NCBI GenBank assembly: GCA_022822185.1
Contig: JAJECE010000079.1
Coordinates: forward strand, 547 to 64,546
DNA from: Rhodothermales bacterium
GTDB taxonomy: Bacteria > Bacteroidota > Rhodothermia > Rhodothermales > Bin80
Direction: 5' to 3'
DNA length: 64,000 nt
A program made the position numbers and the translations under genes. The stretch's first letter is position 1, and the number at the start of each line of letters is the position of its first letter. A model generated the notes under the pieces. It had not been told where the DNA came from, ran no database searches, and saw only the letters and a program-made list of their open reading frames with translations. Shown here one piece after another: positions 29,606 through 38,794 of the stretch.

Positions 29606-30103
29606 ATGAAGGATGCAAGACAGGCGGAAGCATGGTATCTGATCGCCATATCGAGTGTCGTCGCTGCGGCGATTATACTGCAGTTTATGATCTGGAGCCT
29701 CTGGCATGAAGAGATTACGAATCATTCTCAGACTGCCACCTGGTACTGGTGGGTTCAACTGGGAACTGCAGTTCTGATTGTGGCGGGAGGCTTCATCGGT
29801 TATTGTCCAGGGGTTCGGGTGGTTTTCACGGGATCATCAATCCGTGTCTCGCAGGGAATAAGAAGTGTAGAGTTGGACATGGATTCGGTGATTGATTACA
29901 GCGTTATCCCTGCACTGCGGTATTACCGAAAATGGGATGGTCGTGTAGAGAGCTATATGACGCACATCCCGGAAGATGTGCTTCTTGTTCACGGGGAGCA
30001 GGAAGCGATTGCGATTGGAGTTGACTCGCATGCTCATGCGCTGCTGGTTGCGGCACTGAACCGGTTTAAGGGTACGGAAGTCACTGAGTCCAATGCAGTT
30101 TGA
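29606..30103 (+). CDS. Hypothetical two-TM membrane protein
   Basis: Two hydrophobic helices (YLIAISSVVAAAIILQFMIW; VQLGTAVLIVAGGFIGY) followed by a ~90-aa soluble part. The ORF is open from a GTG at 29525. No family was recognised. Confidence 0.5.
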   Translation: MKDARQAEAWYLIAISSVVAAAIILQFMIWSLWHEEITNHSQTATWYWWVQLGTAVLIVAGGFIGYCPGVRVVFTGSSIRVSQGIRSVELDMDSVIDYSVIPALRYYRKWDGRVESYMTHIPEDVLLVHGEQEAIAIGVDSHAHALLVAALNRFKGTEVTESNAV

Positions 30104-31217
30104 AGTGTCTCATACATCCGAGGGGGCGCGTGCGGGTGTCCTCACGACCGGGCGCGGCAGGATCCGTACGCCGGTATTCATGCCTGTGGGGACACTGGGA
30201 ACCGTCAAAGGACTTTCTCCACGGGAATTGAAAGGGGATTTGAATACACAAATCATCCTCGGAAACACCTACCACCTTTATTTGCGCCCGGGATCACAGC
30301 GGATCACAGAAGCCGGTGGGTTGCATAAATTCATGGCATGGGAAGGGCCGATTCTTACGGATTCGGGCGGGTTCCAGGTATACTCACTGGCGAGTCGCTG
30401 CAAGATTACTGATGAGGGGGCAGTATTTCAGAGTCACATTGATGGATCCCGCCATCTCTTTACGCCGGAGAATGTGGTGGATTTTCAGCGGACATTGGGA
30501 TCCGATATTATGATGGTGCTGGATGAGTGTCCTCCGGCAGGGGTCAGTCGCTCCTATGCGCAGCAGGCAAATCGACGAACGGCTGCATGGGCAAAGCGGA
30601 GTAAGGCACAGTTTGCAGATTCGGGTCCCCGGTATGGGGTTCCGCAATATCTTTTCGCAATTGTACAGGGGAGCACGTTTGCGGATTTGCGCCGTGAATC
30701 TGCACAGGAACTGATGGACATGGATTTTTCCGGCTATGCAATCGGCGGATTATCGGTGGGGGAAGAAGCGGAGGCCCTCTATGCAATGGTGCATGTCTGC
30801 TGTGAAATGCTTCCCCCCGGCAAACCCCGTTATCTGATGGGAGTCGGCACGCCTGCCAATCTTCTTGAGGCCATTGGACGGGGGGTGGACATGTTTGACT
30901 GTGTGATGCCGACACGCAACGGGCGCAACGGCATGCTCTTCACCACGCGGGGAGTTGTCAATATTCGGAACCATAAATGGGCCGGTGATTTCAGTCCGCT
31001 GGACAGCGGACTGAACACGTACGTCAGCCAGACCTTTACCAAGGCATACGTCCGGCATTTATTTCAGTGTAATGAAATCCTGGGATTACAGATTTCTGCG
31101 ATGCAGAATCTGGGTTTGTATGCATGGTTGATGCGAGGTGCCCGGCAGGCGATCAAGGAAAACCGTTACGCCGATTTCAGTAAGGAGATGAGTGCACAAC
31201 TCAGCCGGCGGCTGTAG
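30093..31217 (+). CDS. tgt: tRNA-guanine transglycosylase (queuine tRNA-ribosyltransferase)
   Basis: ARAGVLTTGRGRIRTPVFMPVGT, LTDSGGFQV and MFDCVMPTRNGRNG are canonical Tgt motifs. Confidence 0.95.
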   Translation: MQFEVSHTSEGARAGVLTTGRGRIRTPVFMPVGTLGTVKGLSPRELKGDLNTQIILGNTYHLYLRPGSQRITEAGGLHKFMAWEGPILTDSGGFQVYSLASRCKITDEGAVFQSHIDGSRHLFTPENVVDFQRTLGSDIMMVLDECPPAGVSRSYAQQANRRTAAWAKRSKAQFADSGPRYGVPQYLFAIVQGSTFADLRRESAQELMDMDFSGYAIGGLSVGEEAEALYAMVHVCCEMLPPGKPRYLMGVGTPANLLEAIGRGVDMFDCVMPTRNGRNGMLFTTRGVVNIRNHKWAGDFSPLDSGLNTYVSQTFTKAYVRHLFQCNEILGLQISAMQNLGLYAWLMRGARQAIKENRYADFSKEMSAQLSRRL

Positions 31218-31645
31218 TTGAATCCTGGAGGCAGGCTTTCCTGAACAGGTGTCCCTCTAAGCCCAAAGGATTCTCATTGCAGACAACTTCCAGTGTCTCT
31301 CTCGCCGAAGTTTCTGTTTTACAGCCGATCAGAAATTGAGAAGGGTATGGGGGAACCGGTATTTGGACATTTAAGTTCAGACCGTCAGGTATCGCCTCCT
31401 TTGCCGTTTTTCTCAGTTTCAAAGATTTCTCAGATTTCTTGCGTCTTCTCGAAGGCCGCTATCAGCCTGTGTATGAAATCCAGAAAAATCTGAGCAACGC
31501 TTTTCGGGTTGGTTTTTGTGGATTAGACCGATCAAAATAGCCATAGAAGAGATTTTTTTCGTCCTTTAGAGTCCCAAAAGGGCAAAAATAGATGGGTTGG
31601 CGATTTACGACACGCAGTTATGCTGTCTAATTCTGTGATCATACT

Positions 31646-32329
31646 TTATCCACGGGATGCCAGTCCAGTGTGTTCCAGTAATTTATCCCGCAGTTCAATT
31701 GCGAGGACGCGGCGAATTTCTTCTGCCATGATCCCCCGTTGATAGGCAACTTTGTGGATAATTCTTCGCTCCTGATCACTATACTGGTCGGTATTTTCCA
31801 CATAGTCAAAACAGAAGGATTGAATCTCATAAGCATCTTTGCCTGCAACGCTCACTTTCAGCTGATCGGCAATTCTTTCAACCCATGCTCCGGCATCAAT
31901 TTCTTCCGACAGGGTTTTCCCGAGTTCCGAAAGTCGGAGGGGACTCTCAGAAGTTACCGAAGGAATGTTCAAACGGGTAAACACGATTTGACGGAGTTGA
32001 TTAATTGCAGTACTATTGGTTTCGATCTTTCTATCCACGCGATCCAGCCTCCCTTCCACGTGATCCAGCCTCCTATCCACGCGATCCAGCCTATCATTCA
32101 GTCCATTCAGTCTCCCATCTAGTCCATTCAGTCTTTCATCCATTCTATTCAGTCTCAGGCGCACTTCCCTTAATTCGTCCATGATTCGCTCCAAGACAGT
32201 ATCAATCCGTCCCTTCCATTCTGCCTGTTCTTCATTACGGGTACGATTAGTGCTGCGCCACATAAGATAGGTGACAATGGCAGCAAGTCCGGCAAAGAGC
32301 GCTGATAGCCATGCAAGAGCAATTTCCAT
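31646..32329 (-). CDS. Hypothetical membrane-anchored coiled-coil protein with heptad tandem repeats
   Basis: N-terminal TM helix ALAWLSALFAGLAAIVTYLMW. Repeats RLNGLDG/RLNGLND/RLDRVDR/RLDHVEG/RLDRVDR. About 100-aa C-terminal globular part. No family was recognised. Confidence 0.65.
   Translation of the reverse strand: MEIALAWLSALFAGLAAIVTYLMWRSTNRTRNEEQAEWKGRIDTVLERIMDELREVRLRLNRMDERLNGLDGRLNGLNDRLDRVDRRLDHVEGRLDRVDRKIETNSTAINQLRQIVFTRLNIPSVTSESPLRLSELGKTLSEEIDAGAWVERIADQLKVSVAGKDAYEIQSFCFDYVENTDQYSDQERRIIHKVAYQRGIMAEEIRRVLAIELRDKLLEHTGLASRG
32031..32156 (-). repeat. Six imperfect 21-nt tandem units encoding the heptad repeats of 31646-32329
   Basis: The units are ctatccacgcgatccagcctc / ccttccacgtgatccagcctc / ctatccacgcgatccagccta / tcattcagtccattcagtctc / ccatctagtccattcagtctt / tcatccattctattcagtctc. 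Confidence 0.8.
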
Positions 32330-32947
32330 GATATCTCAGTTTATGTTGGAATTAGAACTACTGGTTAACCGTGTTGTTGATGGATGTTTCTGCGCGTATC
32401 GTCTAAGTTACGTTGATTCGGAACATATAGAGCCATATTCTCATATTGAGAGACAGGAAAACCGTTCAACAACGGCGACTCCGTATGAGTAACCCAGCCC
32501 TGACCGATAAGTTCCGCTACCATAACAAAACTGGTCTGCGTAGCTATTATTGTCTGAATAATCATTTCTTCGAGATCGTTTTCTCAGTTAGGGTTATCCT
32601 CTCCCGATGACGGGGAAACCCCTTCTAGATGCTGAATTCTGATTGTATTCGGGGTGTTCCCGGATGTCGGTTCTACGTAAGGGGCGAGTAAGTGCCTCCC
32701 ATATTCTATCTGGAATGAGGTTCTTCCAAAACTGATAATCCAGAAAAAAGCGCTCCTGGGTGCACTCAAGTGAACAAAAACTTTCAAGATTGGGAGTTTT
32801 ACAAGATGCTCGAATGTGATAGAACATCCGTAATGAAGCGCGGTTTACTGTAAAGTCTGATTCTATCGTACAGGACGGGAGTTTTCCCCTGAATACTTCC
32901 AAAAACAGGCTGTTCGCTGAAAAACATGAAAATCCTCAGGTTCAATT

Positions 32948-34180
32948 ATGCCACGAAACTTTGATATTCCCCAGTTTTATCGAAGTCCGATTATTTCGGT
33001 GATCAAGACGGCACGGATGGCTGCTGATCCGCGAAAAAAAGATCTTGCCCCGTCACTTTTGGATTTTGGGCCGGTCAAAGTGTGGATTGCACGGAACTTC
33101 GGATTCTGCTTTGGTGTGGAGAATGCCGTAGAAATTGCCTATCGTGCTATCTCCGAGCATTCCGACCGGCGGCTGTTTATGCTGTCGGAGATGATCCACA
33201 ACCCACAGGTCAATAATGATCTTCGTCGTCGGGGAATGCAGTTTCTGCGCTCAAGTACGGGGGATCAACTGATCAGTTTTGACACGCTGACCCCGGAGGA
33301 TATTGTGGTCATCCCCGCCTTTGGAACGACACTGGAAATTAAAGAAGATCTCAAAGACCGTGGGGTGGATGTTCGCACCTATGATACCACCTGCCCGTTT
33401 GTAAAAAAGGTCTGGCGTCGGAGCGAGCAGATCGGGGATAAAAACTATACTGTAATTATTCACGGGAAGCGGCTGCATGAGGAGTCAAGGGCATCCTTTT
33501 CGCATGCCAGTAAGCATGCGCCGGTGATTGTGATCCGGGACACCGATGATGCGCAGGATCTTGGAAAGGTGATTCGGGGAGAGAAAGATCGCACATATTT
33601 CTATGAACGGTTTGCAGAGTGTTACAGCGACGGGTTTGATCCGGACCGGGATTTGGAGCGTATCGGTGTTGTAAATCAGACCACGATGCTGGTCACCGAG
33701 ACATTGGCCGTGACGGATATCTTGAGGAACGCCATTAAGGAACGTTATCAGGAAGATGGACATTTTGTAGATACCAGTGATACGCTCTGTTACGCGACGC
33801 ATGAAAATCAGGAGGCTGCGCGTGTAATGCTGGAGCAGCCGCTTGATCTGGCGCTGGTTGTCGGGGGATACAATTCCTCCAATACCAGTCAGATTGTGTC
33901 ACTCTGCGGTACGGTTGTCCCTGCCTATTTCATACGGGGGGCAGATGAAATCGGGTTGAAGCGGATCCATCATTACGATTATCCGATCATGGAGGTGCGT
34001 ACGACCGTTGACTGGATCCCGACACATCGGCCAATATCTATTGCAATCACATCGGGGGCATCCTGTCCAGACATGATCGTAGATGATGTAATCCGGAAAG
34101 TGGTGGCATTTTTTGAAGATGCCGCTTCTTTTGAGGATGCACTGGCTCCTTATGAAGCTGTTTCTGTGCCAGCCGGATGA
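32948..34180 (+). CDS. ispH: 4-hydroxy-3-methylbut-2-enyl diphosphate reductase (long-form IspH/LytB)
   Basis: FGFCFGVENAV (first Cys ligand region), TTCPFVKKVW and DTLCYATHENQ are IspH Fe-S ligand motifs. 410 aa with an N-terminal extension. Confidence 0.9.
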   Translation: MPRNFDIPQFYRSPIISVIKTARMAADPRKKDLAPSLLDFGPVKVWIARNFGFCFGVENAVEIAYRAISEHSDRRLFMLSEMIHNPQVNNDLRRRGMQFLRSSTGDQLISFDTLTPEDIVVIPAFGTTLEIKEDLKDRGVDVRTYDTTCPFVKKVWRRSEQIGDKNYTVIIHGKRLHEESRASFSHASKHAPVIVIRDTDDAQDLGKVIRGEKDRTYFYERFAECYSDGFDPDRDLERIGVVNQTTMLVTETLAVTDILRNAIKERYQEDGHFVDTSDTLCYATHENQEAARVMLEQPLDLALVVGGYNSSNTSQIVSLCGTVVPAYFIRGADEIGLKRIHHYDYPIMEVRTTVDWIPTHRPISIAITSGASCPDMIVDDVIRKVVAFFEDAASFEDALAPYEAVSVPAG

Positions 34181-34184
34181 AAAA

Positions 34185-34742
34185 ATGAGGCACAGCATAT
34201 GGATAGGGCTGGTGTTTCTGGCCTCCTGTGATGTGTTTGGTGCTCGTACACCGGAGGCACCTGTTGGCGAGGCAGGTACATGGCTGCAACCCGTTGCCCC
34301 TGATCTTGTCGTTGATAACTTACGTGCTGCCGTGGCGGAGTTGAATGCCGCCAATTATCGCCGCTCACTGGATCAGGAGTTTATGTTCACGCCCACGGCG
34401 GCAGCGCATGCGCGTGATCCAGACCAGTGGACGAACTGGGATCACGCGCAAGAGAACGGATATTTTATCACGGTTGCAGAGGCCGCCAAGGGGAGTTCGG
34501 GGAATCTTCTGCGTTTGGAAGATGCCAAGACGGAACTCAGTGAAACCGAATACATTCTGGATGCCCATTATCTGCTGCTGATTCAACATGGGAGCCAGCA
34601 GATTGCGGATACCCTTCAGGGAAGGCTGGTCTGGGTGATTACCAAGAAAGTGGATGGTCTGTGGGTGCTCAAAAGATGGAGTGATCAGAGTATTGGCACC
34701 GAGGATTCCTGGAGCGATCTAAAGGCAGAGTTCGCCAGTTAA
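34185..34742 (+). CDS. Hypothetical lipoprotein
   Basis: MRHSIWIGLVFLASCDVF is a signal peptide with a lipobox. The ORF is open from 34113 but overlaps the ispH end. Confidence 0.55.
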   Translation: MRHSIWIGLVFLASCDVFGARTPEAPVGEAGTWLQPVAPDLVVDNLRAAVAELNAANYRRSLDQEFMFTPTAAAHARDPDQWTNWDHAQENGYFITVAEAAKGSSGNLLRLEDAKTELSETEYILDAHYLLLIQHGSQQIADTLQGRLVWVITKKVDGLWVLKRWSDQSIGTEDSWSDLKAEFAS

Positions 34743-34749
34743 TCAGGTT

Positions 34750-35271
34750 GTGTCGGATCAATCGTATATATCGCCCCTAGCGGTCATCGTTTTTTCGTTT
34801 CTGTGCGGCGCGTGTAATCCGTTTGCTCCGGCAATCGGAGACGGGGATCCGTTTGAAGATCTTTTTGGAGATCCAAAAACGATTGAGGGGTATTTCACCA
34901 ATTTCCGTCACGCGTATGAACTGCGGGACCTGTCGCTCTATGAACCCCTGATTGACTCCTCGTTCGTATTCATTTATACGGATTTTGATACGGGCATTGA
35001 GCGCGAATGGGGATTTGGCCAGGAGTTGGAGTCAACCCGCCGTTTATTTGAGAGTACAGTGGATGTGCAACTGCGATGGAAGCAGATTATTACCAGACAG
35101 GAGTATGACGAAGGGAAACGGGCGGTTGCAGTGCGAAGTTTTAATTTAGCGGTTGCCCTGAATACCGGGGATGTCTTCCGGGGGGATGGGAATGTGAATT
35201 TTTTGCTCGCACGTGCAGACACGACGCGGGCATGGCGACTGCTTCGATGGCGAGATGAGAGTGAATTATAG
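34750..35271 (+). CDS. Hypothetical lipoprotein
   Basis: GTG start. The lipobox-like FSFLCGAC is near the N-terminus. 173 aa with no recognised family. Confidence 0.5.
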   Translation: MSDQSYISPLAVIVFSFLCGACNPFAPAIGDGDPFEDLFGDPKTIEGYFTNFRHAYELRDLSLYEPLIDSSFVFIYTDFDTGIEREWGFGQELESTRRLFESTVDVQLRWKQIITRQEYDEGKRAVAVRSFNLAVALNTGDVFRGDGNVNFLLARADTTRAWRLLRWRDESEL

Positions 35272-35287
35272 GTCCCAATTATACTAA

Positions 35288-36670
35288 ATGAACATGAGTG
35301 CAATTTCCCAGGCGCTGGCATACTCACAGGCCAACCAAAACCGTTTTATAGCGGAGTTGACAGATCTGCTTCGCATCCCTTCGATCAGTACGGATCCTGC
35401 CTATTCGGATCAGGTTGTGCAGACCGCAGACTGGCTGGTGGAGCATCTCAAAGGTCTAGGTGTACAGGATGCCGAGGCAATCCAGACCGAGGGGCATCCA
35501 ATTGTAGTCGGAGGGATCACGGTTGATCCGGCGTGTCCGACCGTTCTGGTTTACGGTCACTATGATGTGCAGCCAGCAGATCCACTGGATATCTGGACAT
35601 CCCCCCCTTTTGAACCGGTCATTCGGGAAGGCGTGCTCTATGCACGCGGTGCCTGTGACGATAAGGGACAGATGTTCATGCATCTCAAGGCTCTGGAATG
35701 CTGGATGCAAACGACGGGTGAACCTCCGGTGAACCTCAAGTTTATTCTCGAAGGGGAAGAAGAATCTGGATCTGCGAGTCTTCCAGGGTTCATTCGTACA
35801 CACAAATCGGAATTGTCGGCGGATGTCGTGGTGATTTCGGATTCAAGTCTGTTTGCACCGGGGATCCCCTCTATCACCTATGGGCTTCGGGGAATGACGT
35901 ATGTGGAGATTACCTTGACCGGGCCGGATCGTGACCTGCATTCGGGCACATATGGAGGGGCAATTCACAATCCCATTCACGCATTGTCCGCGCTAATTAC
36001 AGAGATGCATGATGGAGATCACCGGATTACGATTGACGGATTTTATGATCGTGTACGCCCTCTTTCCGACGAGGAGCGCAGTGCCATGTCGGGTTTACCC
36101 TTTGATGCAGCGGCCTGGGCACAGGAGGTTGGTGTTCATACTCCACGTACCGAGTCGGGGTATTCTGTTCTGGAAGCATCTACCTCACGTCCGACCCTTG
36201 ACTGCAATGGAATCTGGGGAGGGTACACCGGAAACGGTGCCAAGACGGTTCTTCCTTCAACAGCCAGTGCAAAGATTTCCATGCGGTTGGTACCGGATCA
36301 GGATCCAGACGAGATTGCTGAGTTGATGGAGGCATGGTTACATGCGCGGGTTCCTGCATCCATGCAGTTGGTGTTCCATGTGGTTCATGGTGCTCAACCT
36401 GTACTGATTGACCGGGAGAGTGATGCGATGTCTGCGGCATCACATGCACTGGGGGATGTCTATGGTCGTCCGCCTTATTTTACACGTATTGGGGGAAGTA
36501 TCCCGGTGGTGGCGGATTTTAAGCATCTATTGGGACTAGACAGTGTATTGATGGGATTTGGACTGGATTCGGATGCAATTCATTCCCCGAACGAGCATTT
36601 TGGACTGGACCGGTTTGCGGAGGGGATTGATGCGATTTTGCGATTCCATGCCCATTATGCCTCGGGATAG
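35288..36670 (+). CDS. M20 family metallopeptidase (dipeptidase, ArgE/DapE/CPG2-like)
   Basis: LVYGHYDVQPAD, ARGACDDKGQ and ILEGEEESGS are M20 metal-binding and catalytic motifs. 460 aa. Confidence 0.85.
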   Translation: MNMSAISQALAYSQANQNRFIAELTDLLRIPSISTDPAYSDQVVQTADWLVEHLKGLGVQDAEAIQTEGHPIVVGGITVDPACPTVLVYGHYDVQPADPLDIWTSPPFEPVIREGVLYARGACDDKGQMFMHLKALECWMQTTGEPPVNLKFILEGEEESGSASLPGFIRTHKSELSADVVVISDSSLFAPGIPSITYGLRGMTYVEITLTGPDRDLHSGTYGGAIHNPIHALSALITEMHDGDHRITIDGFYDRVRPLSDEERSAMSGLPFDAAAWAQEVGVHTPRTESGYSVLEASTSRPTLDCNGIWGGYTGNGAKTVLPSTASAKISMRLVPDQDPDEIAELMEAWLHARVPASMQLVFHVVHGAQPVLIDRESDAMSAASHALGDVYGRPPYFTRIGGSIPVVADFKHLLGLDSVLMGFGLDSDAIHSPNEHFGLDRFAEGIDAILRFHAHYASG

Positions 36671-36709
36671 GATCCGTGCAGGCCGGGAGCAGTAGAAGTG
36701 CTTGTGATA

Positions 36710-36794
36710 GCCCGGGTGGCGGAATTGGTAGACGCGACGGACTCAAAATCCGTTGGCCATCGCGGCTGTGTGGGTTCGAGTCCCACCCCGGGTA
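36710..36794 (+). tRNA. tRNA-Leu (anticodon CAA), type II with long variable arm
   Basis: Acceptor stem gcccggg/cccgggt (one G-U pair). Anticodon arm acgga-ctCAAaa-tccgt. Long variable arm. T-arm gtggg-ttcgagt-cccac. Discriminator is A and no CCA is encoded. Confidence 0.9.
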
Positions 36795-37129
36795 CATTCA
36801 TTCCCGCCTCTGTACAGGATTCTGAATAATGTGCAATGGGGAAATTCAAGGGCTGCTAAGTGTTGCATAAGTGGGGATCTGATGTGGGGTTTATTCTTCA
36901 CGAAACCGCGATAGGCGGTTGTGGCAGGGGACTAGTCGGGGTACATTCATGTGCAGGTGCATACATCCGTACAATCCCGAATCAGGGAATTAAAGGGCGA
37001 TATTTTGGCATCCGCCACCGCCTGAAAAATATTTTTACTCTGAAACTCTTTTAATCAAATATTATTTGGTATATTAGGGCATCCGGTTGAGGGTCAACCG
37101 GTTTAACTATAAACAAAGCAAATTTAAAA

Positions 37130-37357
37130 ATGGCTACAGTTGAACAACGTTTCAAATCTCTTTTAGAGAAACATCTTGGCATAACCGATCTGGGTGCAAT
37201 GAACTCCACCCTTCCAGATCTCGGGGTGAACTCCGTAGATGCCGTCAACTTTCTGAAGGCGGTGTGTGAGGAGTTCGGGGTTGATTTTAAGCCTGAAGAT
37301 GCGGCGAAATTCAAGAATCTGCAGGAAGCGGTCGATCAAATAGAATCCGCAGGCTAG
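37130..37357 (+). CDS. Stand-alone acyl/peptidyl carrier protein-like protein
   Basis: 75 aa and acidic. LGVNSVDAVNFLKAV occupies the position of the LG.DS.d.vel phosphopantetheine-attachment motif, with Asn in place of Asp before the Ser. Confidence 0.6.
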   Translation: MATVEQRFKSLLEKHLGITDLGAMNSTLPDLGVNSVDAVNFLKAVCEEFGVDFKPEDAAKFKNLQEAVDQIESAG

Positions 37358-37467
37358 ATACCGCTAGGTGCTGTCCTGCTCCATCTTGTCAGGAATAAGT
37401 TTCTGCTCGCCAGAAGGGGGGAGGTACATCTTTTTACTAAAAGTTGAATTCGCTATTCGGTTGATCT

Positions 37468-38424
37468 ATGTTCCTTGATTATTATTCAGGAATGATCTCC
37501 AAACAGGAGTCAAGAGATGATGCGGATAGGATTTGGGTCGTGCCCCGCCCCTATTCCATCAGTGAGGTGCGTATGCAGGACGGTGCATCAGTGGTAATTC
37601 GGCGCCATGGAAATCCAGAAGGCCCGCGTTTGGTCTTAAGCCATGGAAATGGTCTCGCCATTGACTTCTATTATCCATTCTGGTCACAATTTACCGAGGA
37701 ATGTGATGTTGTCATATTTGACATCAGAAATCACGGCTGGAATCCGGTCGGAGAATTTAAGAATCACAATTTCCCGACGTTTGTGCAGGATTTTGAACAA
37801 GTCGCCGATGCGATTGACCGTTACTATGGTACCAAGCCAAGCGTGGGGATTTTTCATTCGGTTACAGCCCTTGCAGTGCTGCAACCCTTTTTCAAGCAGG
37901 GATTATTTGCAGGTCTGATCCTTTATGATCCCCCCCTGTGCAAGCGTGGGAGGGGATATGAGGAGTTTGAAGCGGCCGCTACACGCCTTGCCAATTTAAC
38001 CCGGATGCGTCAAAACAAATTCGCAACCAGAAAAAATCTGGCAGAGGTGCTTCCCTATCTTCCTAGTTTTCAAAGAGTTCTTCCAGGGGTTTGTGAACTT
38101 CTGGCAGAAACCACACTCCGAAGTTCCAGCGACGGGGACGGATACCAGTTGTGTTGCCCGCCGGAATATGAAGCGCAGATCATGGAGTACGCAGGGAATT
38201 TCTCGGTACTCGTGGACTTTGATCATATTGAGTGTCCGATAAAGGTTCTTGGAGCGGACCCCACATTGCCGTATTCTTACTTACCAACCTATGAACTAGG
38301 GAATGTGGTAAAACTGGATTATGATTTTCTACCTGAAGCGACGCACTTCCTCCAACTGGAACAACCGGAAAAATGTGCGGAGATTGTTTTTGATTTTATC
38401 AAAAAGCACGACCTGACGGGCTGA
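37468..38424 (+). CDS. Alpha/beta-fold hydrolase
   Basis: Oxyanion region LVLSHGNG, nucleophile-elbow position GIFHSVTA (atypical, not GxSxG), and C-terminal His motif EATHFLQLEQPEK typical of alpha/beta hydrolases. Confidence 0.7.
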   Translation: MFLDYYSGMISKQESRDDADRIWVVPRPYSISEVRMQDGASVVIRRHGNPEGPRLVLSHGNGLAIDFYYPFWSQFTEECDVVIFDIRNHGWNPVGEFKNHNFPTFVQDFEQVADAIDRYYGTKPSVGIFHSVTALAVLQPFFKQGLFAGLILYDPPLCKRGRGYEEFEAAATRLANLTRMRQNKFATRKNLAEVLPYLPSFQRVLPGVCELLAETTLRSSSDGDGYQLCCPPEYEAQIMEYAGNFSVLVDFDHIECPIKVLGADPTLPYSYLPTYELGNVVKLDYDFLPEATHFLQLEQPEKCAEIVFDFIKKHDLTG

Positions 38425-38794
38425 GATAACGAGTGTTTGTGCGTTTGGCCCCCCCCTCACAAACGTGAGAGATCCAGATGTCTTCCTGACAACTTCTGTC
38501 CAGTCAGCGTTCACGGGGCATGCCGCCGGTAGGATGGATATGCTTTCGCTACTCACCGCTGTGGGTGTGACGTTGAAACGAGTAAAGAGGCGAGTGATGC
38601 GGCCCGCGGCCTGCTAGCGCCGGTAACGTATTTCCATCGTGATCATTTAAAATTCTCCATTCGGAGGACAATCTGAGTGCATAGGCAGATAAGTGAGTTT
38701 TCATTTACAAATGTGTGTGGGTAAGTGGTTACACGTTCGCAGGATAAACTGCGGTTACATTCTGGAAACGAAGGGTAGGTGTATGCTCCGTCGG

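Noticed and set aside
36795-38794. Expectation of an integrase or recombinase adjacent to the tRNA-Leu that would define a classical integrative island
   Set aside because: No tyrosine- or serine-recombinase-like ORF is present anywhere between the tRNA and the window end. The island call therefore rests on gene content and a short repeat only.
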